NCBI RefSeq assembly: GCF_004010195.1
Contig: NC_057749.1
Location: forward strand, 5,510,584-5,543,626
Source: Chiloscyllium plagiosum
Lineage: Eukaryota
Length of the DNA: 33,043 nucleotides
Direction of reading: 5' to 3'
Part shown: positions 21,393 to 32,627 of the stretch, piece after piece
Layout: each line of letters begins with the position of its first letter
Numbering within the stretch: the first letter of the stretch is position 1
Program-made: the position numbers and the translations under genes
The notes under the pieces: generated by a model
Database searches by the model: none
What the model saw: the letters and a program-made list of their open reading frames with translations, nothing else
What the model was told of the DNA's origin: nothing

Positions 21393-22682
21393 AGAGTCAT
21401 AGAAATATACAACATGGAAACCAACCCTTCAGTCTAACTCACCTATGCTGATCAGATAACCTAATTTAATCTAGTTCCATCTGCTAGCATTTGGCCCACA
21501 TTCCTCTAAACCCTTTGTATTCATATACCCATCCAAATGCCTTTTAGAGTCATAAGTCATAGAGGGATGTACAGCACGAACACAGACCTTTCGGTCTAAC
21601 TCATCCATGCCGAACAGATATCCTGAGTAAATGTAATCCCACTTGCCAGCATTTGGCCCATATCCCCATAAACTCTTCCTATTCATATACCCATCCAGAT
21701 GCCTTTCAAATGTTGCAATTGTATCAGCCTCCACCACTTCCTCTGGCAGCTCATTCCATACATGTACCTCTGCATGAAAAAGTTGCCCCTTAGGTCCCTT
21801 TTAAATCTTTTCCCTCTCACATTAAACGTGTGCCTTCTACCCTATCCATGCCCCTCATGATTTTATAAACATCTACAATGTCACCACTCAGCCTCTGATG
21901 CTCCAGGAAAAACAGCACCAGCCTATTCAGCCACTCCCTATCGCTCAAAACACCCCAACTCTGGCAACATGCTTGTAACACGTTTCACAACATCCTTCCT
22001 ATAGCAGGGAGACCGGAACTAAAAACAGTATTCCAATAGTGGCCTAACCAATGTCCTGTACAGCTGTAACATGACCTCCCAACTCCTTCACACAATACAC
22101 TGACCAATAAAGGAAAGCATACCGAACAACGTCTTCACTATCCTATCTACCTGTGTTGTAATTGTACCAATTTCTACCACTTCCTCTGGCAGTTCATTCC
22201 ATACACGCACCACTCTCTACATAATAAAGCTGTCCCTTAGGTCCCTTTTATATCTTCCCCCTCTCACTTTAAAACCTAGGCTCTCTAGTTTTCCCTGGGA
22301 AAAAAAAGACTTTGTCTATTTATTCTATCCATGCCCCTCATGATTTTATAAACCTCTATAAGGTCACCCCTCAGCCTCCGACGCGCCAGGGAAAACAGCC
22401 CCAGCCTGTTCAGCCTCTCCCCTCAAACCCTCTAACCCTGGCAACATCCTTGTAAATCTTTTTTGAACCCTTTCAAGTTTCACAACATCTTTCCTATGGT
22501 AGGGAGACCGAACTGAATACAGTATTCCAATAGTGGCCTAACCAATGTTCTGTACAGTCACAACATGACCTCCCAACTCCTATATTCAATGCAACGACCA
22601 ATGAAAGCAAACATACTAAATGCCTTCTTCACTATCCTGTCTACCTGCGACTCTACTTTCAAGGAACTATGAACTTGCACCG
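21393..22682 (-). mobile_element. CR1 (HER1-like) 3' fragment, host copy
   Basis: Pieces 21393-21545 and 22154-22682 join at atgcctttt|..tgttgtaattgtacc; VQVHSSLKVESQVDRIVKKAFSMFAF. Confidence 0.85.
21545..22153 (-). mobile_element. Second CR1 of the same family nested in the first
   Basis: Own tagagtcataagtcatagag tail; duplicates the host RT-end region. Confidence 0.85.
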
Positions 22683-22689
22683 CAATCGT

Positions 22690-22952
22690 ACTGGGTTCTG
22701 TAATGAAGGTGAGGAATTCCAGGACAGTAATCACAGAAAAACAGGGAGTCACCCCAGTGTTCAGTCCAACATTCTTCCATCAGTCAAAGAAGCAGAATAA
22801 CTGGACATCCAATCCACTGCAGGTTTGGGATCTTGCTGTACTCAATGCATGTGTGTTGCATTTCCTCACAAAACAATCTCTGCATTTATGGGAGATCGCT
22901 GCCAGTTGTAGGAGGCTATTTATAGTTCTATATAAATGCAAATGCTTCTTTC
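22690..22952 (+). mobile_element. Diverged Deu-domain SINE 3' part
   Basis: aacagggagtcaccccagtgttc...tttgggatcttgctgtactcaa...ctatataaatgcaaatgcttctttc. Confidence 0.55.
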
Positions 22953-23456
22953 ATGCTGTATTAGCTCCACAGTGACAATATCATTGATTTTTCTTTACCT
23001 CTGCTTTGTTACACCTACACACATCTAAACCATCCATCCAAGATAAATAGATGATCAAAGAGCCTTGAAGGAAAGCAGAGGATAAATACTGAGCAGGCTG
23101 ATTAACATTTACTACTGTGTTCTCCAGCTCGCCCTGGAGCCCTTGCATGCAATGGAATCATCCCTGCCTCTGAGTCAGGAACCCCAAGTTCACTCCTACC
23201 TGTGAACAGGTTGAGGTTTTTTTTAAAAGTCTAACCCCGATCCAATAAATACCTGCTGTGATAATTGGGAGCAGTAAAGATTCCATGCCTAGTTAATAAG
23301 TTGTAGCTCTTGTTGTTGTTTTGCTTTCAAGCACTGACCTTTGCGGGCCCATTTTGATTTTTGTTGTCATCAACATGATCATTATCACCATCGAGAGCAG
23401 CAGGTCGCTAGGTATTCCCAGTGCTGTTGGTGATTTCTCTCCAAAGCACAGAATAC

Positions 23457-23800
23457 ATGGTGGCACAGTGATTAGCATTGCTACCTCACAGCATCAGGGA
23501 CCTGGGTTCGGTTCCAGCCTTTGGTGACTGTCTGAGTGGAGGGAGTTTGCACATTCTCTGCATGGATTTCCTCCTGGTTCTCCGGTTTCCTACCATAGTC
23601 CAAAGATGTGCAGGTGAAATGGATTGGCCATGCTAAATTGCCCATTGTGTCCAGGGAGATGCAGGCTAGGTGGGTTGGCCATGGAAAATGTGGGGTTAAG
23701 TGGATATGGTGGGTCTGGGTGGGATGCTGCTCGGAAGTTCAGCGCAGACTTGATGGGCTGAATGACCTCTTCCTACATGTTATAGCTTCTATGATATGAT
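23457..23800 (+). mobile_element. HE1-type V-SINE
   Basis: ggtggcacagtgattagcattgctacctcacagc...gggttcggttcc...ttctatgat. Confidence 0.85.
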
Positions 23801-24224
23801 TCAATGCCAGGGCTCAGCACAGAGAGAATTAGGGTATATCAGGGCCAAACAATTTGGGCCTGGAACCCTTCTAGGTCCATTGTGCTCGGGTCAAAGGTGA
23901 GGCCTCTGCTTGGGGGTCAAGGGCCGGATCCTCTGCTCCAGCCAGGAGTCACTGTGCTGTCTGCTCTGGGGTCCAGGCCAGGTTCAGAACTGGCACCCGT
24001 GATTTCTCTCCCTGTCCTGACTGTTAGCCGTCCATACACCACTGCGCAATGTCACAGAGGACTAAATAAGGCAAAGCTTTGCTCTGTAAGTATGGAAGAA
24101 TGATACCCAAAAGTAGGACATCATCTGCCAATGGCCCATCCATTGACAAGGCTCAATCTTGCTTGTGTTAGTTTCTTTCTGACCTCTTTTCCATGGACAT
24201 GGATATCACTGTGTGCGTGAGTAC

Positions 24225-24440
24225 TTGTTTCCCTCCAAGCCAAACACTCCATCCTGATTGGAACAACATTACTGCTCCTTCACTGTCACTGCATGGAAGT
24301 TCTGAAACTTCCTCTGTTCTGGGTATTCCTCTTTCACAGGGAATGTAACGCTTCAAGAAGGTGGCTCACCATCATCTCCTTAAGGGCAGTTAGTGATGAG
24401 CATTAAATGCTGGCCCATCTGGCAACACCCACATCCTGAA
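24225..24440 (+). mobile_element. LINE 3' end (SINE-B partner family)
   Basis: ttcaagaaggtggctcaccatcatctccttaagggcagttagtgatgagcattaaatgctggcc...cccacatcc. Confidence 0.7.
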
Positions 24441-24474
24441 GTTGTTGTTCATCGCTGGTTGTTCTTTAGAGCGT

Positions 24475-25510
24475 GGTGTTGAGCTGCTTTCTTAACCTTC
24501 TGCATTCCTTTTGTGTGTGTGCGTAGACCCACAGTGCTGTTAAGGGAGCTCTAGCATTTTACCCCAGTAAATGTGAAGGAATGATGATATATTTCCAAGT
24601 TAGGATGGAGCATGACTTGAAGGGGAACTTGCATGTGGTGATGTTCACCTGCCCTTGTCCTTCTAGATGTAAGTTTGCTATCAAAGGAGTCCTGGAGCAC
24701 CTTGTACATGGGACGCACTGCTGCCTCTGTTCTGCTCTGTTCTTTTTCCTTTCCCTCTCTTTGGTTTTCTTCTTCTCTCCCCTCAGCACCAGAGCAAATA
24801 CTAGCATAGGGCAGGTGCCAGTAGCAAGGACCTAGAGCAGCAGCGTGGGGAAACAGCGCTGGAACATGGTGCAGCCAGCGAGTCCCAACCGGAGACGGGG
24901 ACAGCGGAGGCGGTCCTGAAACTTACCTCGGAGCAGCTGAGTGCCGGGGCAGAGCGGGTCTGAGGCTTGGAGTGGAGGAGGGGCGGCTATTGGACTAGAA
25001 TCTGGTGCAGGCGGTCAGACCATGTGCGGAGGCCCTGTGCTGAGCTGTTACAATGTAATGGCTACTTGAAATTTCCTACCTCACTGTAATGTCAATCCAT
25101 TAATGCTGTCCTACTTTTAACTTATGTTTTTAATTCCATTAGTGACACAGCTACTTTTTAATTCCTCTGTTGTATCCAAGAATCATACCTAGGTACTTGT
25201 ACCTAAAGATATCACCATAAGAAGGCAGACATTGTAAAAGCTTTTCACTGCACTCCTATGATGGAGCACACGTGACAATAACAGGCCATGTATATGACAG
25301 TGATAGGGAGAGTGAAAGGTGGGTAAACTGGATGATAGTGTACTGACCAAGCAGACGGACTTGCCCTAGCTTGTGTTGAGCGTCTGAAGTGCTGTTGGAG
25401 CTGTATGCTTTCAGGACAATGTTCCATCATGCTACTGACTTGTGGATAGGAGACAGGGTTTGGCAAGGTGGGAGATGAGTTACTCACCTGGGAATTCCCA
25501 AACTGTTTGA
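24475..25510 (-). mobile_element. Same LINE family, antisense, split by 24726-25282
   Basis: ORF 24559-24807 ends TTCKFPFKSCSILTWKYII.P; host appears to resume at ~25295. Confidence 0.6.
24726..25282 (+). mobile_element. GC-rich non-coding insert with L2-type 3' tail
   Basis: Ends aagcttttcactgcactcc...cacgtgacaataa, similar to 6305-6340; interrupts a LINE. Confidence 0.55.
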
Positions 25511-26074
25511 ACAGTAAAGTAAGTGGAGAAAGATTCAGTTTACCTTTTAGAACTGGTGGCCTGTGCACCAAATTTGTATTTACTTTTCTGAAAGAACAGC
25601 ACAGATGATCAAATCACTGCAACCTGATTGGTTGCGTAATATTACAGTTTTGTTACATGAACAACCAAGTTGTGTGTAATCGTTTAATGAAGCAGTCATT
25701 GTAAAGTGGGTCATACTGAAACTTGAGCTTTTGATGGGCTTTACAAAGAGGCATACAAAGTTTTGCTAAATCTATATAAAACTTTCCGATCCCACTGTAG
25801 CCATGGTTCCCAATTCTTGGCACCCAAATGATGTAAAGGGGAGAGTTAAAGTGTGGCTGGAGTATGTTTGGGGCAGTTAGAACTTGACCGCAGGCTTTGT
25901 GGTCAGTCAGTGTCATTACCATTGCAAACTGGGCCCCCTATTGAATCACTGTCTGAGGAGAATAATATTCATGCTTTCAAAGTCTATTTGCATAAAACTC
26001 CTCCAAAACACAAAGCATTTGAGTGATCATTTCTTTTCCATTAGATACTTGATATTGCTGTCCTCATTAATGCA

Positions 26075-26450
26075 CTGGGTGGCTCAGGGATTAGCACTGC
26101 CGCCTCACAGTGCCAGGGACCCAGGCTTGATTTGAACCTCAGGCAACTGTCTGTGTGGAGTTTACACATTCTCCCCATGTTTGTTTGGGTTTGCTCTGGT
26201 TGCCTCCCACAATCCAAAGATTGTAATTTTCCATGGCCAATCCACCTAACCCACAATCCAAAGATTGTGGGTTAGGTGGATTGGCCATGGAAAATTGTCC
26301 CATAGTATTCAGAGATGTGGAGGTTACGTACATTAGTCAGGGCTAAGTATAGGTTAGGGGAATGGGTCTGGGTGGATTACTCTTCGGAGGGTTGGTGTGG
26401 ACTTGTTGGGCCGAAGGGCCTGTTTCCATACTGCAGGGATTCTATGATTC
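26075..26450 (+). mobile_element. HE1-type V-SINE with internal inverted duplication
   Basis: ggtggctcagggattagcactgccgcctcacag...ccatactgcagggattctatgatt. Confidence 0.9.
26225..26296. repeat. Perfect 34-bp inverted repeat with 4-nt loop
   Basis: AATTTTCCATGGCCAATCCACCTAACCCACAATC-caaa-GATTGTGGGTTAGGTGGATTGGCCATGGAAAATT. Confidence 0.95.
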
Positions 26451-27034
26451 TTTGTTTACATGGAAATCAGATACGTACATTTTCTAGATGTCCTGTTACA
26501 AGGCTTTAATTAATGATCATTAAATTACATTGCTCATTTTGGATGCCTGTTCCATCTCACTCACTCATCATCGTCAACAGCTGGGACTGCTACTACCACA
26601 ACAAACAAACATTATTATTGATGTTTCAGCCCTATTTATTGATCCTGTTTCATTAGCCACCAGCAACAGCAGTTAATAAAAGATAACCGAAAACTCCAGT
26701 CACATTTTTCACTAAACATGCTCTGATATTTTAGTCGAGCCCAGGAGCAGTGGAACTATGACAATAAGGCCATTTTTGGCAGACTTTTTTCTTTTTACAG
26801 AATATCACTGACAGGAGCCTTTGAGCACATCGCTTTCCTCCCAAGCTGGAGATTATGCATGAAGATTCGAGGAGGACGCTGACAGAAGGGCACTAAAATA
26901 CACAGATAAAAAAAAGTTGTACACAACAGCAGAAGCATTTTAACCACGACTTAATGATTTTCAGAAAAGAGTCTTTGGAACAAGAACAGAAATTGGTGAG
27001 CAGATGGGTGGCCAGAGAGATGTTTACCTTTATC

Positions 27035-27380
27035 TTTATTCATTCACAGAAAGAGAACGCTATTGGCTGGACCGGGCCAACATTTATTGCCCATCCTTAA
27101 TTGCCCAAAGGGCAGTTAATAGTCAACCCCAGTGAGTCTAGAGTCACGTGTAGGCCAGACCAAGTATGCATGGCAGATTCTTTCTCTAAAGGGAATTAGT
27201 GAACCAGATGTGTTTTTCCAATAATTGGCAATGGATTCATAGTCATCATTAGATCCTTAATTCCAGGTATTTATTGAATTCAAATTGTCCCGTCTGCCGT
27301 GATGAGATTCGAACCCAGCTCCCCAGAATGTTATGTGGGTCTCTAGATTAACAGCCCAGCGATAATATCACTATGCCACC
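27035..27380 (-). mobile_element. SINE-B, full length
   Basis: tttattcattcac...catttattgcccatccttaattgccc...gattcgaaccc...gataatatcactatgcca. Confidence 0.8.
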
Positions 27381-28157
27381 ACAAGACAAGGGGATTATTA
27401 ATATCAGGCCAGCACAGAAGAGAAGCTGAATAAATGATAATTAGTGCTGAGTGCAGAAGAGAATGGCTGTGCTGAAAGCAACTAATGTCATGACAGTACC
27501 AGAGTCTGGGGACAGTAAAGAACATGGAAGGATGGAGTCAGACTCTATTGGACTTGATGCAGAGTCCTAGAAGTCGTACTGTCCCCAAGTGGAATACTGT
27601 AGTAGGCCGACGCCAGAAATGTTGGTGTAGGAGTACGGTGGTGTGTTAAAGTCATGTATCCAGAACCTCGGGAGAGTCTTTGGCACCATTCAGTTTTTTG
27701 GACAAATGTCAAGGCCCCTTTGATCCTCTGAACATGCTAGGATCCTACGATACATTGTGTACTCCATCACCTTACTTGCACTCCTAAAATCCATCACCTC
27801 TCACTTTTCAGGACTAAACTCCATTTACCATTGTTCCAGCCCATCAAGGCTTTCCTCCTGGTTATTTACCACACCACCAATTTTTCCATCAATGGTTATC
27901 TGTGATAGGATCCATGTTTGCAGCCATCTACCTACAATGTGAGTCACAAACGAGACAGAGAAATCATAGAATCCCTACAGTGTGGAAGCAGGCCATTCCA
28001 CCCATCGAGTCCACACTGACCCACCAAAGATCATCCTACCCAGACCCACCCTCTATCCTATCCTGTAACCCTGCACTTCCCATGGCTTATCCACCTACCC
28101 TCGCATCCCTGAGCATTATGGGCAATTTAGCATGCCCAATTCACCGAACGTGCACAT

Positions 28158-29829
28158 AGTAGTTAGCAAGCTTAGCTCTCACAAATTAAAGGGAGAACTA
28201 GCCATTTGGATACAGAACTGGCTCAATGGTAGAAGACAGAGGGTGGTGGTGGTGGAGAGTTGCTGTTCAGACAGGAGGACTGTGACCAGTGGAGTGCCAC
28301 AAGGATCGGTGCTGGGTCCACTACTTTTTGTCATTCATATAAATAACTTGGACGCAAGCATAAAAGGTATAGTTAGTAAGTTTGCAGATGACACCAAAAT
28401 TGGAGGTGTAGTGGACAGCAAAGTAGTTTGCCTCAGATTACAATAGGATCTTGATCAGATCAGCCAATGGGCTGAGAAGTGGCAGATGGAGTTTAATTCA
28501 GATAAATGCGAGGTACTGCAGTTTGGGAAAGCAAATCTTAGCAGGGCTTATACACTTCATGGTAAGGTCCTTGGGAATGTTGCTGAACAAAGAGACCTTG
28601 GAGTGCAGGTTCATAACTCCTTGAAAGTGGAGTCGCAGGTAATTGGATAGTGAAGACGACATTTGGTTTGCTTTCCTTTATTGGTCAGAGTATTAAGTAC
28701 AGGAGGTCGGAGGTTATGCTGTGACCGTACAGGACATTGGTTAGGCCATTGTTGGAATATTGCATGCAATTCTGGTCTCCTTCCTGTCGGAAATACGTTG
28801 CAAAACTTGGAAGGGTTCAGAAAAGATTTACAAGGATATTGTCAGGGTTGCAGGATTTGAGCTATAGGGAGAGGCTGAACAGGCTGTCAGGAAAAGAAGT
28901 GGGTGGCACAGTGGCTAGCACTGCTGCTTCACAGCGCCAAAGACCCGGGTTCAAGTCCCGCCTCAGGCGATTGACTGTGTAGAGTTTACACATTCTCCCA
29001 CTGCCTGCGTGGGTTTCCTCCTGGTGCTCCGGTTTCCTCCCACAGTCCAAAAATGTGCAGATTAGGTGAATTGGCTATGCTAAATTGCCAGTAGTGTTAG
29101 GTGTAGGGGAATTGTCAGGAAAAGAAGTGGGTGGTACGGTGGCACAGTGGTTAGCACTGCTGCTTCACAGCGCCAGAGACCCGGGTTCAAGTCCCGCCTC
29201 AGGCGATTGACTGTGTGGAGTTTACACATTCTCCCACTGCCTGCGTAGGTTTCCTCCTGGTGCTCCGGTTTCCTCCCACAGTCCAAAAATGTGCAGATTA
29301 GGTGAATTGGCTATGCTAAATTGCCAGTAGTGTTAGGTGTAGGGGAATGGGTCTGGGTGGGTTGCGCTTCAGCGGATTGGTGTGGACTTGTTAGGCCGAA
29401 GGGCCTGTTTCCACACTAAGTAATCTAATGAGGCTGGGGCTATTTTCTCTGGAGCGTCGGAGGCTGAGGGGTGACCTTATAGAGGTTTACAAAATTATGA
29501 GGGGCATGGATAGGATAAATAGACAAGTCTTTTCCCTGGGGTCAGGGAGTCCAGAACTAGAGAGCATAGGTTTAGGGTGAGAGGGGAAAGGTATAAAAGA
29601 GACCCAAGGGTCAACCTTTTCACACAGAGGGTGGTACGTGTACGGAATGAGCTGCGAGAGGAAGTGTTGGAGGCTGGTACAATTGCAACATTTAAAAGGC
29701 ATTTGGATGGGTATATGAATAGGAAGGGTTTGGAGGGATATGGGCAACTGGGACTAGATTGGGTTGGGATATCTGGTCGGCGTGGACAAGTTGGACCGAA
29801 GGGTTCGTTTCCATGCTGTACATCTCTAT
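28158..29829 (+). mobile_element. CR1 (HER1-like) ORF2 RT core to 3' end, pseudogenised
   Basis: WIQNWL..RRQRVVV, SGVPQGSVLGPLLF, KFADDTKIGG; premature TAG at 28444-28446; tail ctgtacatctctat. Confidence 0.95.
28887..29430 (+). mobile_element. Tandem (partial plus full) HE1 SINE dimer inserted in the CR1
   Basis: AGGCTG duplication at 28881-28886 and 29431-29436; units start at 28885 and 29113. Confidence 0.9.
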
Positions 29830-30054
29830 CACTGGACTGCGGGAGGAAACCGGAGCATTCGGAGTAAACCCACACAGAACAGGGAGTATATGCTAACTCC
29901 ACACAGACAGATGCCCGGGGTGGAATCAAAGCCAGGTCCCTAGTGCTGTGAAGCACATTTTGCTAACTTCTGATCAGACGTGTATAAATCAAAATAGGGG
30001 AAATTCAAAAATTAAAAATACCCAGAGCAAGTCTCACAGACCTACCAGTTGTAA

Positions 30055-30172
30055 TCATAGAATGGTAACAGGGCAGGAGGCTACTTGGCCCATTGTGCCC
30101 TCCCTGGCTCTCTGAAGGTGCAACTCATCGGTCTTTTTTGTTCCATTAGCCCTGCACATTCATCCTCTTCCA
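30055..30172 (-). mobile_element. Old CR1 3' tail
   Basis: tcatagaatggtaacagggcaggaggctacttggcccattgtg. Confidence 0.6.
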
Positions 30173-31199
30173 ATCATAATGGCCGGAAGACATCAAGTAG
30201 CAGATTTCCTAGGTGTACTTTATATTACAGCAACTGTGCTAGATAGATGACTGTGTAGTGAGGCAAGCCTTTGAAAGGAAATATTTTGGAAAACAATGTG
30301 TGTGAAGATTATGCATTACCTGGACAACTCATTTCTACATTTCTCTCTTCTGACACAGGAAAATGAATTGCATCTAACTTACCATAACCTTCCATTACTG
30401 CATATTAGGGATTGAAAATCTACACATTGAAATGGAGTTATTATTGTAACAGACCAGAAAACATAGGTCAGGTCCAAGCTGCCTAGGAATAGTTACTTCC
30501 AAAGCGAAAACCTTATGACTTTGTATAGTATCTTTTCGAACATCCTTCGATTGCAGCTCTCATTCAAAAGAAAGTTAATGTGCCAATGGCTGCCACTGTA
30601 GTGTATTGAAAATTGCAATGTTCATATACACATGTACCAGTAGAGAAATTCTGAGAGGAAAAGTATATGATAACTTCAAAAACCTCTGGCTGAGTAGTTC
30701 TACCCAAAGTTCTTCACTCCCCTTCTTGACAATGTATCAACTGACAGACAATCTCAGGTGTGGTCAATGTTCATTTAATGACATAGAACACATCTACCTT
30801 TGGGCTCCCCAGTCATCTTATCCACTATCAAGAAGCAAGCAGCAAAAATAATCCTACATTAATTTTGCTGCTTACTTCTTTTCTGGGCAGTAAATAACCT
30901 GTGGTCATAAGTACAGGATAGCCACTAAATATTGAATAGGGGATTCAAGAGGAATGGCTGCAGCCAGAGAGTGGTTAGAAAGTGAAGCCTGCTATATCTG
31001 AGTACATGGAATGAATGACATCAACACACTGAAGGGGACATATAATTAGAAACAGGAGTAGCTCTGCTACTCAGAGATAGGTGCCCAATAAAGACTAGGC
31101 CCGAATCCACAACGCCAGATCTACTGGCTTACCGGTTAATGTGTCCCTCCCCACCTCATGGCTGCTGCTGTTCCAAGGTAAGCACCCTGTAAAGGCTAA

Positions 31200-31371
31200 C
31201 AGATGTGGCAGATGCAGGTACAGTTACATTTAAAATAAATTTTGACAAGTGCATGAATAGGAAAAGGTTTGGAGAGATATTGGCTAAAATACAGGCACGT
31301 GGGACTAGAAGTTTGGAAACATGGTCAACGTGGACTAGTTGGCCTGAAGGGTCTGTTTCCATGCTCTGACA
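31200..31371 (+). mobile_element. CR1 3' fragment
   Basis: gatgcaggtacagttacatttaaaa...atgaataggaaaaggtttggagagatat...gaagggtctgtttccatgct. Confidence 0.8.
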
Positions 31372-32102
31372 CTGGAGAGAGTGAAGTATAAACACCAGTT
31401 TGTACAATCAGCTTCCTTCTATTCTGTAAATTCCAGGCATCTTTACATCCATGTAATTGTTTTGCAAGAGTCTATAAAATAGCTTTAGTGTAGTTGTCAA
31501 TTCTTTTAGGAGGAGTAAATAGCTGTTAAAATAAAGCATAAATACATTTTATTCATTAAGACTGTTTGATAGTTATGTGCTGTATCTGTTAAATTGGCAA
31601 TCTACAGGCTATGGTTGTAACCATCTCTGGCTCTAATCAGAAAAAAAAAACATCTTGAGCCATTGCAGAATAAATGCAGGAAAAAAAAAGCACATAAAAG
31701 ATCCAACTCCCACAACAACCAGCAGCCTCCAATCTTATATTAGTATGTCTATGAAAGAAATATATGTGCAAAGTAATGGGATTAAATAATAGTAAAAACT
31801 GAGATGGTGGAAGATTGAACAGTAATATAAAGAATTTGTTTAAGAAAAGGCTTCAAAAGGTTCCTATTTTCCAACAGGAGATTTAGATTTAGAAATAACA
31901 AATGATGCTGCAGGAGGAGGATAAAGAGATCACTTAAAGCAATTGGTCCATTTCAGAACATTTGTCATTTTGTGGGTCATTTTTGCACTGGTCTGTTATG
32001 CAATCAGCAGCTGCTGGACAGAAGCAGTTCGGTAATTTGATGGAAAGAGTCATTTTTCGGAATCATCTGAACAAGACACTGTTGGAGGTGCTAAACTCCA
32101 AT

Positions 32103-32104
<2 letters not shown>

Positions 32105-32141
<37 letters not shown>

Positions 32142-32147
32142 GGGGGG
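32105..32147 (+). repeat. Poly-G tract (G36-T-G6)
   Basis: Direct read of the sequence. Confidence 0.9.
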
Positions 32148-32464
32148 CAGTGCGGGGTAGTGGGGGAGAACGGTGGAGCCAGGCACCAAAGTTGGGTACC
32201 AGTTAACCTTTCTACTTTACTTCGCAAAAAACAATTTTAAGAAATGCTTGGTGTCAAAAATACAGAGTCACTGGAGAACATTCATACAGTAAATTCAAAA
32301 TGAAGGATATTTTCAACCCCACCCCACCAACTTTGCTTGGATTGGAGTGTCCCAATAGGAACATGACTGGTTTGAATAGAGCATGTGCACATGCAAAGAG
32401 GACACCAATATCATCGTCGAGTTACGAAAAGCATCAACCAGTTTCAAAGAGGAAAAATGATCCA

Positions 32465-32627
32465 AATGTGTAGTTTAGGGTGAACTGGCCATGCTAAAAT
32501 TGCCCATAGTGTTCAGCGATGTGTAAGTTAGGTGCATTAGTCAGGGGTAAATGTAGAGTAATAGGGTAGGGGGACAGGTCTGGGTGGGTTACTCATTGGA
32601 CAGTCAGGGTGGACATGTTGGGCCAAA
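32465..32627 (+). mobile_element. HE1 SINE 3' half, interrupted by a PLE
   Basis: ggtgaactggccatgctaaaattgcccatagtg...ggacatgttgggccaaa then an abrupt switch to PLE sequence. Confidence 0.8.

Larger units (their letters stand above)
27962..29955 (-). mobile_element. HE1-type SINE split by a CR1 (3' part 27962-28157, 5' part ~29833-29955)
   Basis: ...gtgcacat | tggactgcgggaggaaaccgg reconstitutes the tgcacatctttggactgt junction seen intact at 4893-4910. Confidence 0.8.

Noticed and set aside
23130..23290. Possible third tRNA-headed SINE
   Set aside because: Only a weak A/B-box resemblance and no second copy in the window to support it.
28885..29348. CRISPR-like or satellite array
   Set aside because: Only two SINE units; no repeat-spacer structure anywhere in the window.
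31962..32240. Poly-glycine ORF
   Set aside because: Produced by the G homopolymer.
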